IMG/VR virus record: IMGVR_UViG_3300045988_040126 | Reading direction: 5' to 3' (one strand) | DNA: 45,135 nucleotides | From: a virus | Shown: positions 23,044-31,764 of the stretch, piece after piece | Numbering within the stretch: the stretch's first letter is position 1 | How the letters are laid out: the number at the start of each line of letters is the position of its first letter | Notes under the pieces: model-generated | The model's database searches: none | The model's input: only the letters and a program-made list of their open reading frames with translations | What the model was told of the DNA's origin: nothing | Program-made: the position numbers and the translations under genes

Positions 23044-23715
23044 GTGTTTGACCTGAACCGCCTTTATAACGCTGATTGCATGGAAGCAATGCGGGAAATC
23101 CCGGACAAATATTTTCAGCTTGCTATATGCGACCCGCCTTACGGAATCGGACACGACGGACAGCGCCAGAGGGTACACAACAACCCGAAGCACAACCGAA
23201 AGTTTCACGCCCGCAAGGGTTGGGACAAGGAAACGCCGCCGCCCGAATACTTCCGCGAACTGGAACGCGTTTCGGTAAATCAAATAATTTGGGGCGGGAA
23301 TTACTTTGTCCCCATGCTGAATCGCGGCACAAAGGGCTGGGTGGTTTGGGACAAGGGACAACACGGGCTTTCAATGAGCGATTGCGAACTTGCGTACACG
23401 TCTTTTGACCGTCCGACGCGGGTTGTCGTCATCAACCGGGCCGAATTGCAGAGGGACGGAAACACGATACACCCGACGCAAAAGCCCGTTCGCCTGTATG
23501 AATGGCTTTTGCAGAACTACGCCAGCCCCGGTGATCGGATTCTTGATACACACGCCGGGAGCGCGTCAAGCCTGATTGCGTGCTGGCGAATGGGGTTCGA
23601 GTTCGTCGGGTTTGAGATTGACCCAGACTATTACGCGAAAGCGTCGGAGCGGCTGGCGGCGGAAATGGCGCAAGTTCGACTATGGGACTACGCAGACCAA
23701 ACGAAACTATTTTGA
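23044..23715 (+). CDS. DNA methyltransferase (N6A/N4C type, DPPY motif)
   Basis: 223 aa. NADCMEAMREIPD, LAICDPPYG, and HPTQKPVRLYEWLL with DTHAGSAS are classic N6_N4 MTase motifs. Confidence 0.9.
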   Translation: MFDLNRLYNADCMEAMREIPDKYFQLAICDPPYGIGHDGQRQRVHNNPKHNRKFHARKGWDKETPPPEYFRELERVSVNQIIWGGNYFVPMLNRGTKGWVVWDKGQHGLSMSDCELAYTSFDRPTRVVVINRAELQRDGNTIHPTQKPVRLYEWLLQNYASPGDRILDTHAGSASSLIACWRMGFEFVGFEIDPDYYAKASERLAAEMAQVRLWDYADQTKLF

Positions 23716-23730
23716 AACGGAGGAAGCAGA

Positions 23731-24027
23731 ATGAACGCAGGAATCTTGACGGTTGCCGTCTATTGGGTCATTTTCACCGTGCGAAAGCACTTCACACCGA
23801 AAGTAACGGCGGCGATTAAGGCGAACGCCTATGACCTGAACCGGGCAACCCCGGACGAAGCAAAGGCCATAGCAAGAAAAAGAAAGCCGCTGACGGCGGC
23901 AAAATGGGCCTTACGTGTAGCGGGCTGGGCTGAAAACGTCCTTGCGGTCCTTATGATTGCGTGGCTTGTTTTCCTGATCGGTGCGCTGATTACGGGAACG
24001 ACTTTTGTATTCGGCTACCCGGTATAG
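23731..24027 (+). CDS. small membrane protein
   Basis: 98 aa with N- and C-terminal hydrophobic helices. Confidence 0.5.
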   Translation: MNAGILTVAVYWVIFTVRKHFTPKVTAAIKANAYDLNRATPDEAKAIARKRKPLTAAKWALRVAGWAENVLAVLMIAWLVFLIGALITGTTFVFGYPV

Positions 24028-24182
24028 AGAAAGGGGGCGGCGGCGGAGGAAGTCACCGCGGCGGAGGAGTTGCGGGACATAGCGCGGGTCCTTTCGATCA
24101 CAGCAGGGACCGACACCGACATTCGGGACGCAATGACAGGTATTTTGAACATAGCCGACAGGCTGGACAGGAGGAAATAAGC

Positions 24183-24434
24183 ATGGAAATTATCAGATTC
24201 GTTCTATCAAATTTTTGGGTATGGCTGGGGGCCGTTATCCTGATTCTTGCAATCGGGCAAGCGGCGGTGGAGGTCATCAAGGCCGTTCACCCGTCCCGGA
24301 AGATCAGCGCATACAAGATCGGCGACCGCTGGCGCATGGAGATTGACGGGGCGCGCCACGGGGACATAGCCACCGCAATTCGCGGAATCCGGGAGGACGA
24401 AAACAGCACAAGAGGAACGGGGGCCGGGGCATGA
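24183..24434 (+). CDS. small membrane-anchored protein
   Basis: 83 aa from the internal ATG, with a hydrophobic N-terminus (FWVWLGAVILILAIG). The upstream part of the long ORF is Gly/Arg low-complexity sequence. Confidence 0.45.
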   Translation: MEIIRFVLSNFWVWLGAVILILAIGQAAVEVIKAVHPSRKISAYKIGDRWRMEIDGARHGDIATAIRGIREDENSTRGTGAGA

Positions 24435-24886
24435 ATGCGGCGCTTTTAAGCAGTAAGAAGATGGACTATTGTACCCCGCAAGCGTTTTTCGACGAACTGA
24501 ACCGGGAATTTCATTTCACGCTTGACGCGGCGGCGACGGACAAAAGCGCAAAATGCCCCGCATACTTCACCCCGGAAACGGACGGGCTGAAAAGCCCGTG
24601 GAATGTTGCGGGGGGGCCTGTATTCTGCAATCCCCCATACGGGCGGGAAGTCGGCAAGTGGGTTCGCAAAGCCTACGAAGAAGCACAGAGCGGGACAACC
24701 GTTGTTTTGCTGATTCCGGCCCGGACGGACACGACATATTTTCACGACTACATATACGGGAAAGCGGAAATTCGGTTTATCCGCGGGCGGCTACGCTTCA
24801 CAGATGAAGAGGGCAACGCATACGCCCCGGCCCCGTTCCCGTCAATGGTGGTCATCTACAACGGAGCAAAGGAGGAATCAGCATGA
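24431..24886 (+). CDS. phage-type DNA N6-adenine methyltransferase
   Basis: 151 aa. DYCTPQAFFDELNREFHFTLDAAA, FCNPPYG, and ARTDT.YFH fit the phage Dam family pattern. Confidence 0.85.
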   Translation: MNAALLSSKKMDYCTPQAFFDELNREFHFTLDAAATDKSAKCPAYFTPETDGLKSPWNVAGGPVFCNPPYGREVGKWVRKAYEEAQSGTTVVLLIPARTDTTYFHDYIYGKAEIRFIRGRLRFTDEEGNAYAPAPFPSMVVIYNGAKEESA

Positions 24887-25071
24887 AAGCGGTTATCATA
24901 GCGGGCGCGGCGGTTGCCGCCGTCCTGCTGGGGCTTTTTGTGGCGGGCTTGTGTCGTCTGCTTTGGTTAAGCGTACCGTATGAAACATGGCTTGAATACG
25001 AGCGGGAGAAAGAGCAACGGAAAAGAGCCAGAGAACAGCGCAGAGGGCGCAGGAAGAGGGGCAAAGCATGA
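24883..25071 (+). CDS. small membrane protein with a basic tail
   Basis: 62 aa with one TM helix followed by an Arg/Lys/Glu-rich tail. ATGA-coupled at both ends. Confidence 0.45.
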   Translation: MKAVIIAGAAVAAVLLGLFVAGLCRLLWLSVPYETWLEYEREKEQRKRAREQRRGRRKRGKA

Positions 25072-25502
25072 AAGCATACACCATGTATCAACCTTACGCA
25101 TACGCAACCGTCGCCGGGCTGAAACACTACGAAACCCGCCCGCGGCGGACAAACATTCGGGGCCGCGTTGCGGTCCATGCGGCGAAAAAGGACGCGTGGC
25201 GTTCCGGCATTCTCGAAAAAGGAATCATGCCAGAGATTGAAGCGCTGTTATCAGAACATCAAGGGGTTGGAAATCGGTTTGCACACCTTGATTACGGCGC
25301 GGTGATCGGCACGGTTGAAATTGTCGATTGCGTCCCCGTGGAAGAGATCATGGACACGCTGACGGAGCGGGAAAAGCTTTTGGGCGACTATTCGCCGGGG
25401 CGGTTCGCATGGGTGCTTCAAAACCCGGTCATGTTTGATAAGCCGATTTCGGCCCGCGGACAACAGGGCTGGTGGGAATGGAAAGGAAGTGAAACCGAAT
25501 GA
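25068..25502 (+). CDS. ASCH domain protein
   Basis: 144 aa. The pattern YQPYAYATVAGLKHYETR......GRVAVHAAKK ... G.VIGTVEIVDC is typical of ASCH/PUA-like proteins. Confidence 0.7.
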   Translation: MKAYTMYQPYAYATVAGLKHYETRPRRTNIRGRVAVHAAKKDAWRSGILEKGIMPEIEALLSEHQGVGNRFAHLDYGAVIGTVEIVDCVPVEEIMDTLTEREKLLGDYSPGRFAWVLQNPVMFDKPISARGQQGWWEWKGSETE

Positions 25503-26104
25503 AGTTGAAAAAAGTAACGTCCCTATGTAGCAAAAGCAAGTGTTACCGCCTTTATGACAAGATAGACAGCACCGGGGAGATCACACAATGGCTGGGCGAC
25601 GGTTACGCAATATACCCGCTGATCGGACTTCCCATACTGGACGAAGAAAGCCTTTGTGCCGTGTTCGACATTTCGGAGAAACAGCGGGAAAACATAAGCG
25701 TTCGTCGGGCCGCAATGCCCGACACGGTAAACACGGACGACACCGACCCGGCGGAGCGGGTTCTAAAAGATGATGACTTTTCGATCATCTACGGCGGAAC
25801 GGAATTGAAGCCGCTGAACACCCGAAACGGAATCACGTTCATTCAAAGCAAGTATCTTTCCCCGCTGGAGGACGTGCTGGCGGTGGTACAGCTTTACGAA
25901 CGGGTAACGCCGGACGGCATTTCGTACATTGTCGCAAAGACCGGGCTTTTAATTGCCGCGGTGATATTCCCTTACAAAGTCGTGAACGAAACGTTCGTGA
26001 AGCGGCTTGAAGAGGTAACGCAGGAGTGCCGCCGGGTATTGGACGCGCCGCCAGCGCGCACATTGGAGCGGGACGCCGAACAAGGAAATATGTTTCAAGA
26101 GTAA
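25499..26104 (+). CDS. hypothetical protein
   Basis: 201 aa. ATGA-coupled. Confidence 0.55.
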   Translation: MKLKKVTSLCSKSKCYRLYDKIDSTGEITQWLGDGYAIYPLIGLPILDEESLCAVFDISEKQRENISVRRAAMPDTVNTDDTDPAERVLKDDDFSIIYGGTELKPLNTRNGITFIQSKYLSPLEDVLAVVQLYERVTPDGISYIVAKTGLLIAAVIFPYKVVNETFVKRLEEVTQECRRVLDAPPARTLERDAEQGNMFQE

Positions 26105-26121
26105 AAAGGCGGTGAAAATAC

Positions 26122-26598
26122 ATGAATTATCAACCGAAAGTGATTCGTTGCCGCCTGAAAACGGGCGGTAAGACAATTCAAGAAATCCGGGAAAAGAACA
26201 AGGGTCAAGGCATGGTTTACCGGGATTTCGAGAACATCAAGAAAACCTATGACATTTTAGACGGCGTGGTATTGCTTCTTTCCCTTTGGGACTACGACAA
26301 GCACGCAAGCTATCATTTGCATAATTGGGACGCGGCGGACGACGAACGCATGATGACGGCTTTCTACTACGCGGAGCAATACCACCCGTTTAGGGATATG
26401 CGACCGTATCGGAACGACTTTGAAAAGTTTAAGGCCGATTGGACGGCGAAAACCTATGACCCCGGAAGCGCGTTCACCTTTGATCCGGCGGACGTGGAAG
26501 AGATCGAAACGCTTTGCGAAGAGATTTTGCCGCCGCCGGACACGGACCCAGCCCCGGCGAAGCCGAAACAGAGGAAGCACAAGCGGCGGCGAAAGTGA
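26122..26598 (+). CDS. hypothetical protein with a basic C-terminal tail
   Basis: 158 aa, ending in KPKQRKHKRRRK. Confidence 0.55.
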   Translation: MNYQPKVIRCRLKTGGKTIQEIREKNKGQGMVYRDFENIKKTYDILDGVVLLLSLWDYDKHASYHLHNWDAADDERMMTAFYYAEQYHPFRDMRPYRNDFEKFKADWTAKTYDPGSAFTFDPADVEEIETLCEEILPPPDTDPAPAKPKQRKHKRRRK

Positions 26599-26608
26599 GG
26601 GCTGGGAC

Positions 26609-27157
26609 ATGGAAACAGACCTGACAAAGAGAATCAAGCGGCGATTGCACAATTTCCGCCCGGCGTTCAATAGCAGTATGCGGACGATCAGGTGGGCGGA
26701 AGAAGTGCAAACCCCGACCGGGTTTGTTGACGTTATCCGCTTTGAAGATTACGTGGAGCGGGACGAAAGCTATTGCGACCGCCAGCAGGGGTGCAAGATT
26801 CCCGGAAAGGCGTTCCCGTGTAAGGCGTGCGCCGGGTGCTTTTTCAAGCGGCCTGTTTACAACATGGGAATTTTAACAAGTTGCTTTGAAGTGAAAATAA
26901 CGGTTTCGGACTTCAAGAGCGAAAACGGACACAACTTCCACGGGAACCGCAATTATTACACCGTCCCGGTTGAGATATACGACAAGGTGAAAGACCTTGT
27001 GCCGCCGGGTATCGGAATCATAGTGTTTTACCCTGAATCGGCGCACATGGCAGTTAAACGGGAATGCGAACACCGGGAGATAACCGCGGAAACGCGTTCC
27101 GCCCTGCTATATGACGCGCTGAAAAAATGGGTTGACGGAACGGAGGAAACGACATGA
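26609..27157 (+). CDS. PD-(D/E)xK nuclease-like protein (MmcB-like)
   Basis: 182 aa. GFVDVIRFED ... CFEVKITVSDF gives a D...E.K arrangement. There is a Cys cluster between the two motifs. Confidence 0.4.
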   Translation: METDLTKRIKRRLHNFRPAFNSSMRTIRWAEEVQTPTGFVDVIRFEDYVERDESYCDRQQGCKIPGKAFPCKACAGCFFKRPVYNMGILTSCFEVKITVSDFKSENGHNFHGNRNYYTVPVEIYDKVKDLVPPGIGIIVFYPESAHMAVKRECEHREITAETRSALLYDALKKWVDGTEETT

Positions 27158-27363
27158 AGTATGCAGAGTTCAAGGCGGTTTGCCCCTATGAAATCGGCGA
27201 CAAAATCAAGATTGTTCAGGAAGAGCGGGAGGAAGTACACACGATCACCGACATTGTGTGTATGCACTACCTGAAAACCGGGGCCGTGCAATTCCTGTTT
27301 GAACTGGACAATAGCGGAAAGCTGGTATCTATTGCCCCGGCGGAAGAGGCTTGCAAGCAATAA
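27154..27363 (+). CDS. hypothetical protein
   Basis: 69 aa. ATGA-coupled. Confidence 0.5.
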   Translation: MKYAEFKAVCPYEIGDKIKIVQEEREEVHTITDIVCMHYLKTGAVQFLFELDNSGKLVSIAPAEEACKQ

Positions 27364-27410
27364 ACCCCGCCGTCGAGCGGGTCAAAAATCAAAATAGGAG
27401 GTTTTGAACG

Positions 27411-28181
27411 GTGAAAACTATATCAATTATCAACCTGAAAGGCGGCGTTGCAAAGACGCTGACCGCTGACAACATGGCGCACGTTCTCGCAGTTTTCCAC
27501 AATAAGCGGGTATTGCTTGTGGATAACGACAAGCAGGGCAACACGTCAAAGGCATTCGGGGTTCATTCCTACGACGAAAAGAGCCTTTCGGACATTCTGA
27601 CCGCCCGGAGGATTGACCCGCACGAAGTCATAAAAAAGACGCGGTTTCAGAACATCGACGTATTGCCCGCAAATATGACCCTGATTCGGGCGAATCTTGA
27701 AGTGATGATGGACAGCGCCCGGCCCCAGCAAACGCGCCTACGGGCCGCGCTGGGGGCCGTAACGGGCGAATATGACTATTGCATTATAGACAACGCCCCC
27801 GACATCAACATATCGACTATAAACGCCCTTGTCGCGTCTGACGACGTGATTATTCCGATCAAGATTGACAAATACGCCTTTGACGGGCTGGCGGAACTGA
27901 AAGAGCAGATCGAGGACACGCGGGACGACATGAACCCGCGCTTACGGCTGGCGGGTTGCCTTATCACCTGTTTTCAGAGGACCGACGCGGACAGGCAGGG
28001 CGAAGAATGGTTAAAAGCCCAGCCGGAATACCCGGTTTTCGACACGCACATTCGCTATTCGGAGAAAGTCACCGAAAGCACCTTTTCCGAATCCCCCATT
28101 GCTGAATACAGCAGACGGAGCGGGGCCGCTATGGACTATATCGCGTTTGTACGGGAGTATTTGCAGAGGGGCAAAAAGTGA
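27411..28181 (+). CDS. parA: ParA-family partition ATPase
   Basis: 256 aa with a deviant Walker A (NLKGGVAKT), DNDKQGN and IIDNAP motifs. GTG start after AGGAGG. Confidence 0.85.
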   Translation: MKTISIINLKGGVAKTLTADNMAHVLAVFHNKRVLLVDNDKQGNTSKAFGVHSYDEKSLSDILTARRIDPHEVIKKTRFQNIDVLPANMTLIRANLEVMMDSARPQQTRLRAALGAVTGEYDYCIIDNAPDINISTINALVASDDVIIPIKIDKYAFDGLAELKEQIEDTRDDMNPRLRLAGCLITCFQRTDADRQGEEWLKAQPEYPVFDTHIRYSEKVTESTFSESPIAEYSRRSGAAMDYIAFVREYLQRGKK

Positions 28182-28402
28182 AAAACTGCAATTATTGTGA
28201 ATACCTGAACTTGACAGAGGAACAGCAACACAAAGCCGGAACAGGCAAGCCGCATATTTGCTTGAAGTACGGGAAACGGGTTTTTCACAGATCGACCGAA
28301 CGGGGGTATCACGAAATGATTTACCCTTGCCGGGAATGCGAAAATGAAAGTTTGTCCGAATCGGACGGAAAGGGGCTTACATCATGGCAAAGTTTAACTT
28401 GA
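28178..28402 (+). CDS. small zinc-finger protein
   Basis: 74 aa with CNYC ... CREC. It lies between parA and parB. Confidence 0.45.
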   Translation: MKNCNYCEYLNLTEEQQHKAGTGKPHICLKYGKRVFHRSTERGYHEMIYPCRECENESLSESDGKGLTSWQSLT

Positions 28403-29601
28403 ATCAGATTTTGAACGACGCTTCACGGGCCGCGGCAAAGGGTGGGGAGCCTACCCCCCGCCCCGCTGAAAGCAGGATGGAGAAAATCAGCGTTTACGAC
28501 CTTGTGCCGTCGGAAGATAATTTTTACTCAATTCGGGAGATTGAAGAACTGAAAGCGGCAATCGAAATCGCCGGGAAAGTGCTTCAAAACCTTGTCGTCG
28601 TCCCGCTCGACGGCGGGAAATACAAGGTCATTGCCGGACACCGCCGCCGCCTTGCGTCGATTTCTCTTGTTGAAGAGGGAAAACCGCAATATGAGTTCGT
28701 GCCGTGCGACGTGGAGCCGAACGAAGAAGCGGCGGGAGATCAAGAGGTACGCGACGGCCTTATGCTGATTGTGACAAATTCGCAGAGAGAAAAAACCGCA
28801 TGGGACAAAATCGAAGAAGTGCGGTATTTGCGGGAAGTGCTGGAGAAAGCCCGGACAAAGCCCCGGTTCGTCGCCCTGCTTCAACAGATCGTTACACAGA
28901 CGTTCGGCGGTGCAGAGGTTCAAGCGGACGGGACGCGGGATTTCATAGCAAAGGTGCTTCACACAAGCACAACGCAGATCGGGCGGTATGACGCGATCAT
29001 TCGGAATCTTTGCCCGGACTTCAAAGCGGAGTTGCAAGAGGACCGCATAAACGTTTCGACCGCCTACGAACTTTCGGGGCTGGCGGCGGAGGAACAGCAA
29101 GCGGCGTTTGCGGAGTATCAGCGGACCGGGGAAATCTCCATAAAGGCCGCACGGGAACGGAAAACCCAGCCCCCAGCGGAGCGGACAGAGTGGGAAACGC
29201 CGCCACCCGCTCCACAGACCGCCGCACAGCCGCCGGAAGCACCGGGACGTAAAGAAACATACCAGCCCGCAGAGAGGGCCGAAGAGGGCCGCACAAAGCC
29301 GCCGAAACAGCAGGACGCGCCCGCAGAAAAGCCGGATTCGGCAGCAGGACCGACCGACAAAGCGGAAGCGAAGCCCCCGGCGGAGCGGGAACAGCAGGAA
29401 CCGCCGAAAACGCCGGAAGAAACAAGGTGCGTTGACGGTGGCATTTGCCCGTATTGCGGGGGACGGTTCGACGCGGCGGAAGCGGTCAATTACAGCACGC
29501 TGGGGACACAGACGACAGGCCCTATAAATTGCCCGCATTGCGGAAAGCCCGTCAAAATCTTTTGTTCGGTGGAATATTTCTGTTCCCCGGCGGAAGAGTG
29601 A
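28384..29601 (+). CDS. parB: ParB-like N-terminal domain protein with a Pro-rich linker and C-terminal zinc ribbon
   Basis: 405 aa. LQNLVVVPLDGGKYKVIAGHRRRLA is the ParB box. Then a Pro/Glu/Ala-rich segment of about 90 aa, then CPYCG ... CPHCG. Confidence 0.8.
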   Translation: MAKFNLNQILNDASRAAAKGGEPTPRPAESRMEKISVYDLVPSEDNFYSIREIEELKAAIEIAGKVLQNLVVVPLDGGKYKVIAGHRRRLASISLVEEGKPQYEFVPCDVEPNEEAAGDQEVRDGLMLIVTNSQREKTAWDKIEEVRYLREVLEKARTKPRFVALLQQIVTQTFGGAEVQADGTRDFIAKVLHTSTTQIGRYDAIIRNLCPDFKAELQEDRINVSTAYELSGLAAEEQQAAFAEYQRTGEISIKAARERKTQPPAERTEWETPPPAPQTAAQPPEAPGRKETYQPAERAEEGRTKPPKQQDAPAEKPDSAAGPTDKAEAKPPAEREQQEPPKTPEETRCVDGGICPYCGGRFDAAEAVNYSTLGTQTTGPINCPHCGKPVKIFCSVEYFCSPAEE

Positions 29602-29611
29602 GGGTGCGACC

Positions 29612-29971
29612 GTGAACGAACAAGAGTATTTCGGGAACATCGGCGGGGCGTATGAAGAGGAACAGGCCGAACGGCTGAAAGAATGTGTCACCCTGCTTGC
29701 CGAAAAAGCGGGCGTTTCCCTTGAAGAAGCCGCCGCCGCAATTTCAAACTTCCTGCAAGTGATAACGGACGGGTTAAAGGAAGCTTTTAGAAGCCTGACG
29801 GTCATATTTCAGGAAATCGAAGAAGCCGCCGCGTTGCTGGAGGTTGAACCTCGCGCCCGGCGGCGGAAGAAAGCCCGGAACCGCGCCCGGTTCATAGAAC
29901 AGAGATACAGGGCGGAAATCAGGCGGGCAGAGGGTGAACGGATATATCGGCGGATATACAAGCCGCCTTAA
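29612..29971 (+). CDS. hypothetical protein
   Basis: 119 aa, helical, with a basic C-terminus. GTG start. Confidence 0.5.
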   Translation: MNEQEYFGNIGGAYEEEQAERLKECVTLLAEKAGVSLEEAAAAISNFLQVITDGLKEAFRSLTVIFQEIEEAAALLEVEPRARRRKKARNRARFIEQRYRAEIRRAEGERIYRRIYKPP

Positions 29972-29994
29972 AGCACAAAACAGGAGGACAGGCA

Positions 29995-30474
29995 ATGAAA
30001 CGCGAACGCGAAAAGGTTATAACGATCTTGCGGTTTTACCGGGACGTTGATAAAACAATCAAGCTGAACGAGCGGGTTATAAAGAACCTTGAAGATCAGT
30101 ATTACACGACGCTGGGGGCCGTCAACATGGACGGTATGCCCCACGGGAAAGGCACGCCGTCAAGCCCGGTTGAACGGGTCGTTCTGAACGTCCCCGCGTC
30201 CGTCCAGCAGACGATTTCAAGCATGAATCAGGAAAACCGAAAGCTGGCGGAAATCAAAGGGCATATTCTTTCGGAGTTGAACGGCCTGAATTATCATCAA
30301 AAAGCGGTGCTTTTGGCGTTTTACATAGACGGCCTACAATGGGAACAGATTTCGGAACGCCTGAATTACAGCCCGCGGCAATGCCGCAATATACGCGACG
30401 ACGGGCTGGACGCTTTGGGAAAGCGGTTCAGCCGGAACAAGGCGATTTCGCGGTATCGTTTCCAGGAAAAATAA
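29995..30474 (+). CDS. sigma-70 region-4-like / ArpU-RinA-type late transcriptional regulator
   Basis: 159 aa. The C-terminus (AVLLAFYIDGLQWEQISERLNYSPRQCRNIRDDGLDALG) is a region-4-type HTH. It lies just upstream of the packaging genes. Confidence 0.6.
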   Translation: MKREREKVITILRFYRDVDKTIKLNERVIKNLEDQYYTTLGAVNMDGMPHGKGTPSSPVERVVLNVPASVQQTISSMNQENRKLAEIKGHILSELNGLNYHQKAVLLAFYIDGLQWEQISERLNYSPRQCRNIRDDGLDALGKRFSRNKAISRYRFQEK

Positions 30475-30574
30475 GATTGCCACCCATTGCCTGATTTTTC
30501 TGCTAAAATGGGTATTGTGAAAAGTCACAGATACGAAACGGGCGGCGGAATCCTCCCCGCTGGCCCTGACACCG

Positions 30575-30609
30575 AAAACGGACCATGTTTTGAACATGGC
30601 CCGTTTTTT
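30575..30609 (+). terminator. rho-independent terminator upstream of the late operon
   Basis: aaaacggaccatgtt-ttga-acatggcccgt followed by TTTTTT. Confidence 0.7.
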
Positions 30610-30672
30610 GCACGCTTCCGGGCGGACCCGCGGAGCGGAAAATGAAAAACAAACGAAAGGGGGTGCGGACGC

Positions 30673-31608
30673 ATGGCGCGCGATAGAAGCCCCGAACGGG
30701 ACAAGGCCCGGCAGATTTGGCTGGATTCCGGCGGGACGATGACGGCGCGGGAGGTTGCGGAACAAGTCGGAGCGAAGCCCGAACAGGTCCGAAAATGGAA
30801 GAGCCTTGACGACTGGAACGCCGCGCTTGAAGCGCAGAAGCCGCCACGGAAACGCGGCGGGCAACCCGGCAATAAGAACGCCGCGGGAGCGGGTGCGCCT
30901 ATGGGGAATAAGAACGCCGAAACACACGGCGCATATTCCGCCGTTCGCATTGCCGATCTTCCCCCGGAACAGCGGGAATATATCGAGGGTATCACGCTTG
31001 AAACCGAAGCGAATATGCTTACGGAATTGCGGTTGCTGATTGCGAAAGAAGCAGACTTGCAAAACAAGATTGCCGCGATGGAGGGGGCCGACCCTGACAC
31101 CCTGTATATTGACCGCGTTGTTGAAATGAGAACGCCGAAAGGTCAAGAGCGTTTGAAACAGCAAATGGAGAAGCTGGAAGCCCTGCAACGGGAAGAAGAT
31201 TCGTTGCTTTGGGATATGGACGCAGAGAGCGGCAAGCCACCGACACGACAGCAGGAAAAGAAGCTGGAACGCCTACAACGTGAGATTGCGGCCTTGCAGG
31301 ACACGACGGGCGACAAGGCCCGTGAACTGGAAGAGAGCGCATACAACGTCACAATGCAGACGGTCATAAAGGCCAGCGCATTCGACCGGGCAATGAAGCT
31401 TGAAGCGGAGTTGAACAAGATACACGGGCGAATCATCAAACTGTTAGATTCAATCAAGGGGTACGAACTGGAAAGCCGCCGGGTGCGCCTTGAAGAGCGC
31501 AAATATAATCTTGCGAAGCAAAAACTTTCGGGCGCTTTCGAGATCGACCCCACAACGGGAGAGATCAACGACGAAACAGAGGGCGACGGCGACGTGTTCG
31601 CCGACTGA
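30673..31608 (+). CDS. PBSX XtmA-like terminase small subunit-like DNA-binding protein
   Basis: 311 aa. The N-terminus (MARDRSPERDKARQIW...REVAEQVG...VRKWK..D.W) and repeated GNKNA motifs match the XtmA-type TerS pattern. The C-terminus is coiled-coil. Confidence 0.6.
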   Translation: MARDRSPERDKARQIWLDSGGTMTAREVAEQVGAKPEQVRKWKSLDDWNAALEAQKPPRKRGGQPGNKNAAGAGAPMGNKNAETHGAYSAVRIADLPPEQREYIEGITLETEANMLTELRLLIAKEADLQNKIAAMEGADPDTLYIDRVVEMRTPKGQERLKQQMEKLEALQREEDSLLWDMDAESGKPPTRQQEKKLERLQREIAALQDTTGDKARELEESAYNVTMQTVIKASAFDRAMKLEAELNKIHGRIIKLLDSIKGYELESRRVRLEERKYNLAKQKLSGAFEIDPTTGEINDETEGDGDVFAD

Positions 31609-31764
31609 ATATAGGTTCTTCCGGCGGCGGAGAAAGCCCGCGGGTTCGGCGACGCCCAGCGTTTTTTTAGGTGAAAAAATTTTTTGAACGCTTCCGCGCT
31701 TGCCGGAAATGCGTTGCCGGGGGGTGTATTCGAGAAAAGAGAGGTCAAGAGGGGTGAAAAAAGC

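Noticed and set aside
24030-24182. Upstream Gly/Arg-rich part of ORF 23961-24434, and a possible ~36-aa ORF in another frame
   Set aside because: Low-complexity sequence without a credible start or RBS. Only the 24183 start is retained.
28528-29805. 425-aa ORF on the minus strand
   Set aside because: It is antisense to the ParB gene, with Arg/Pro/Cys/Phe-rich nonsense-like composition. The plus-strand gene has clear ParB motifs.
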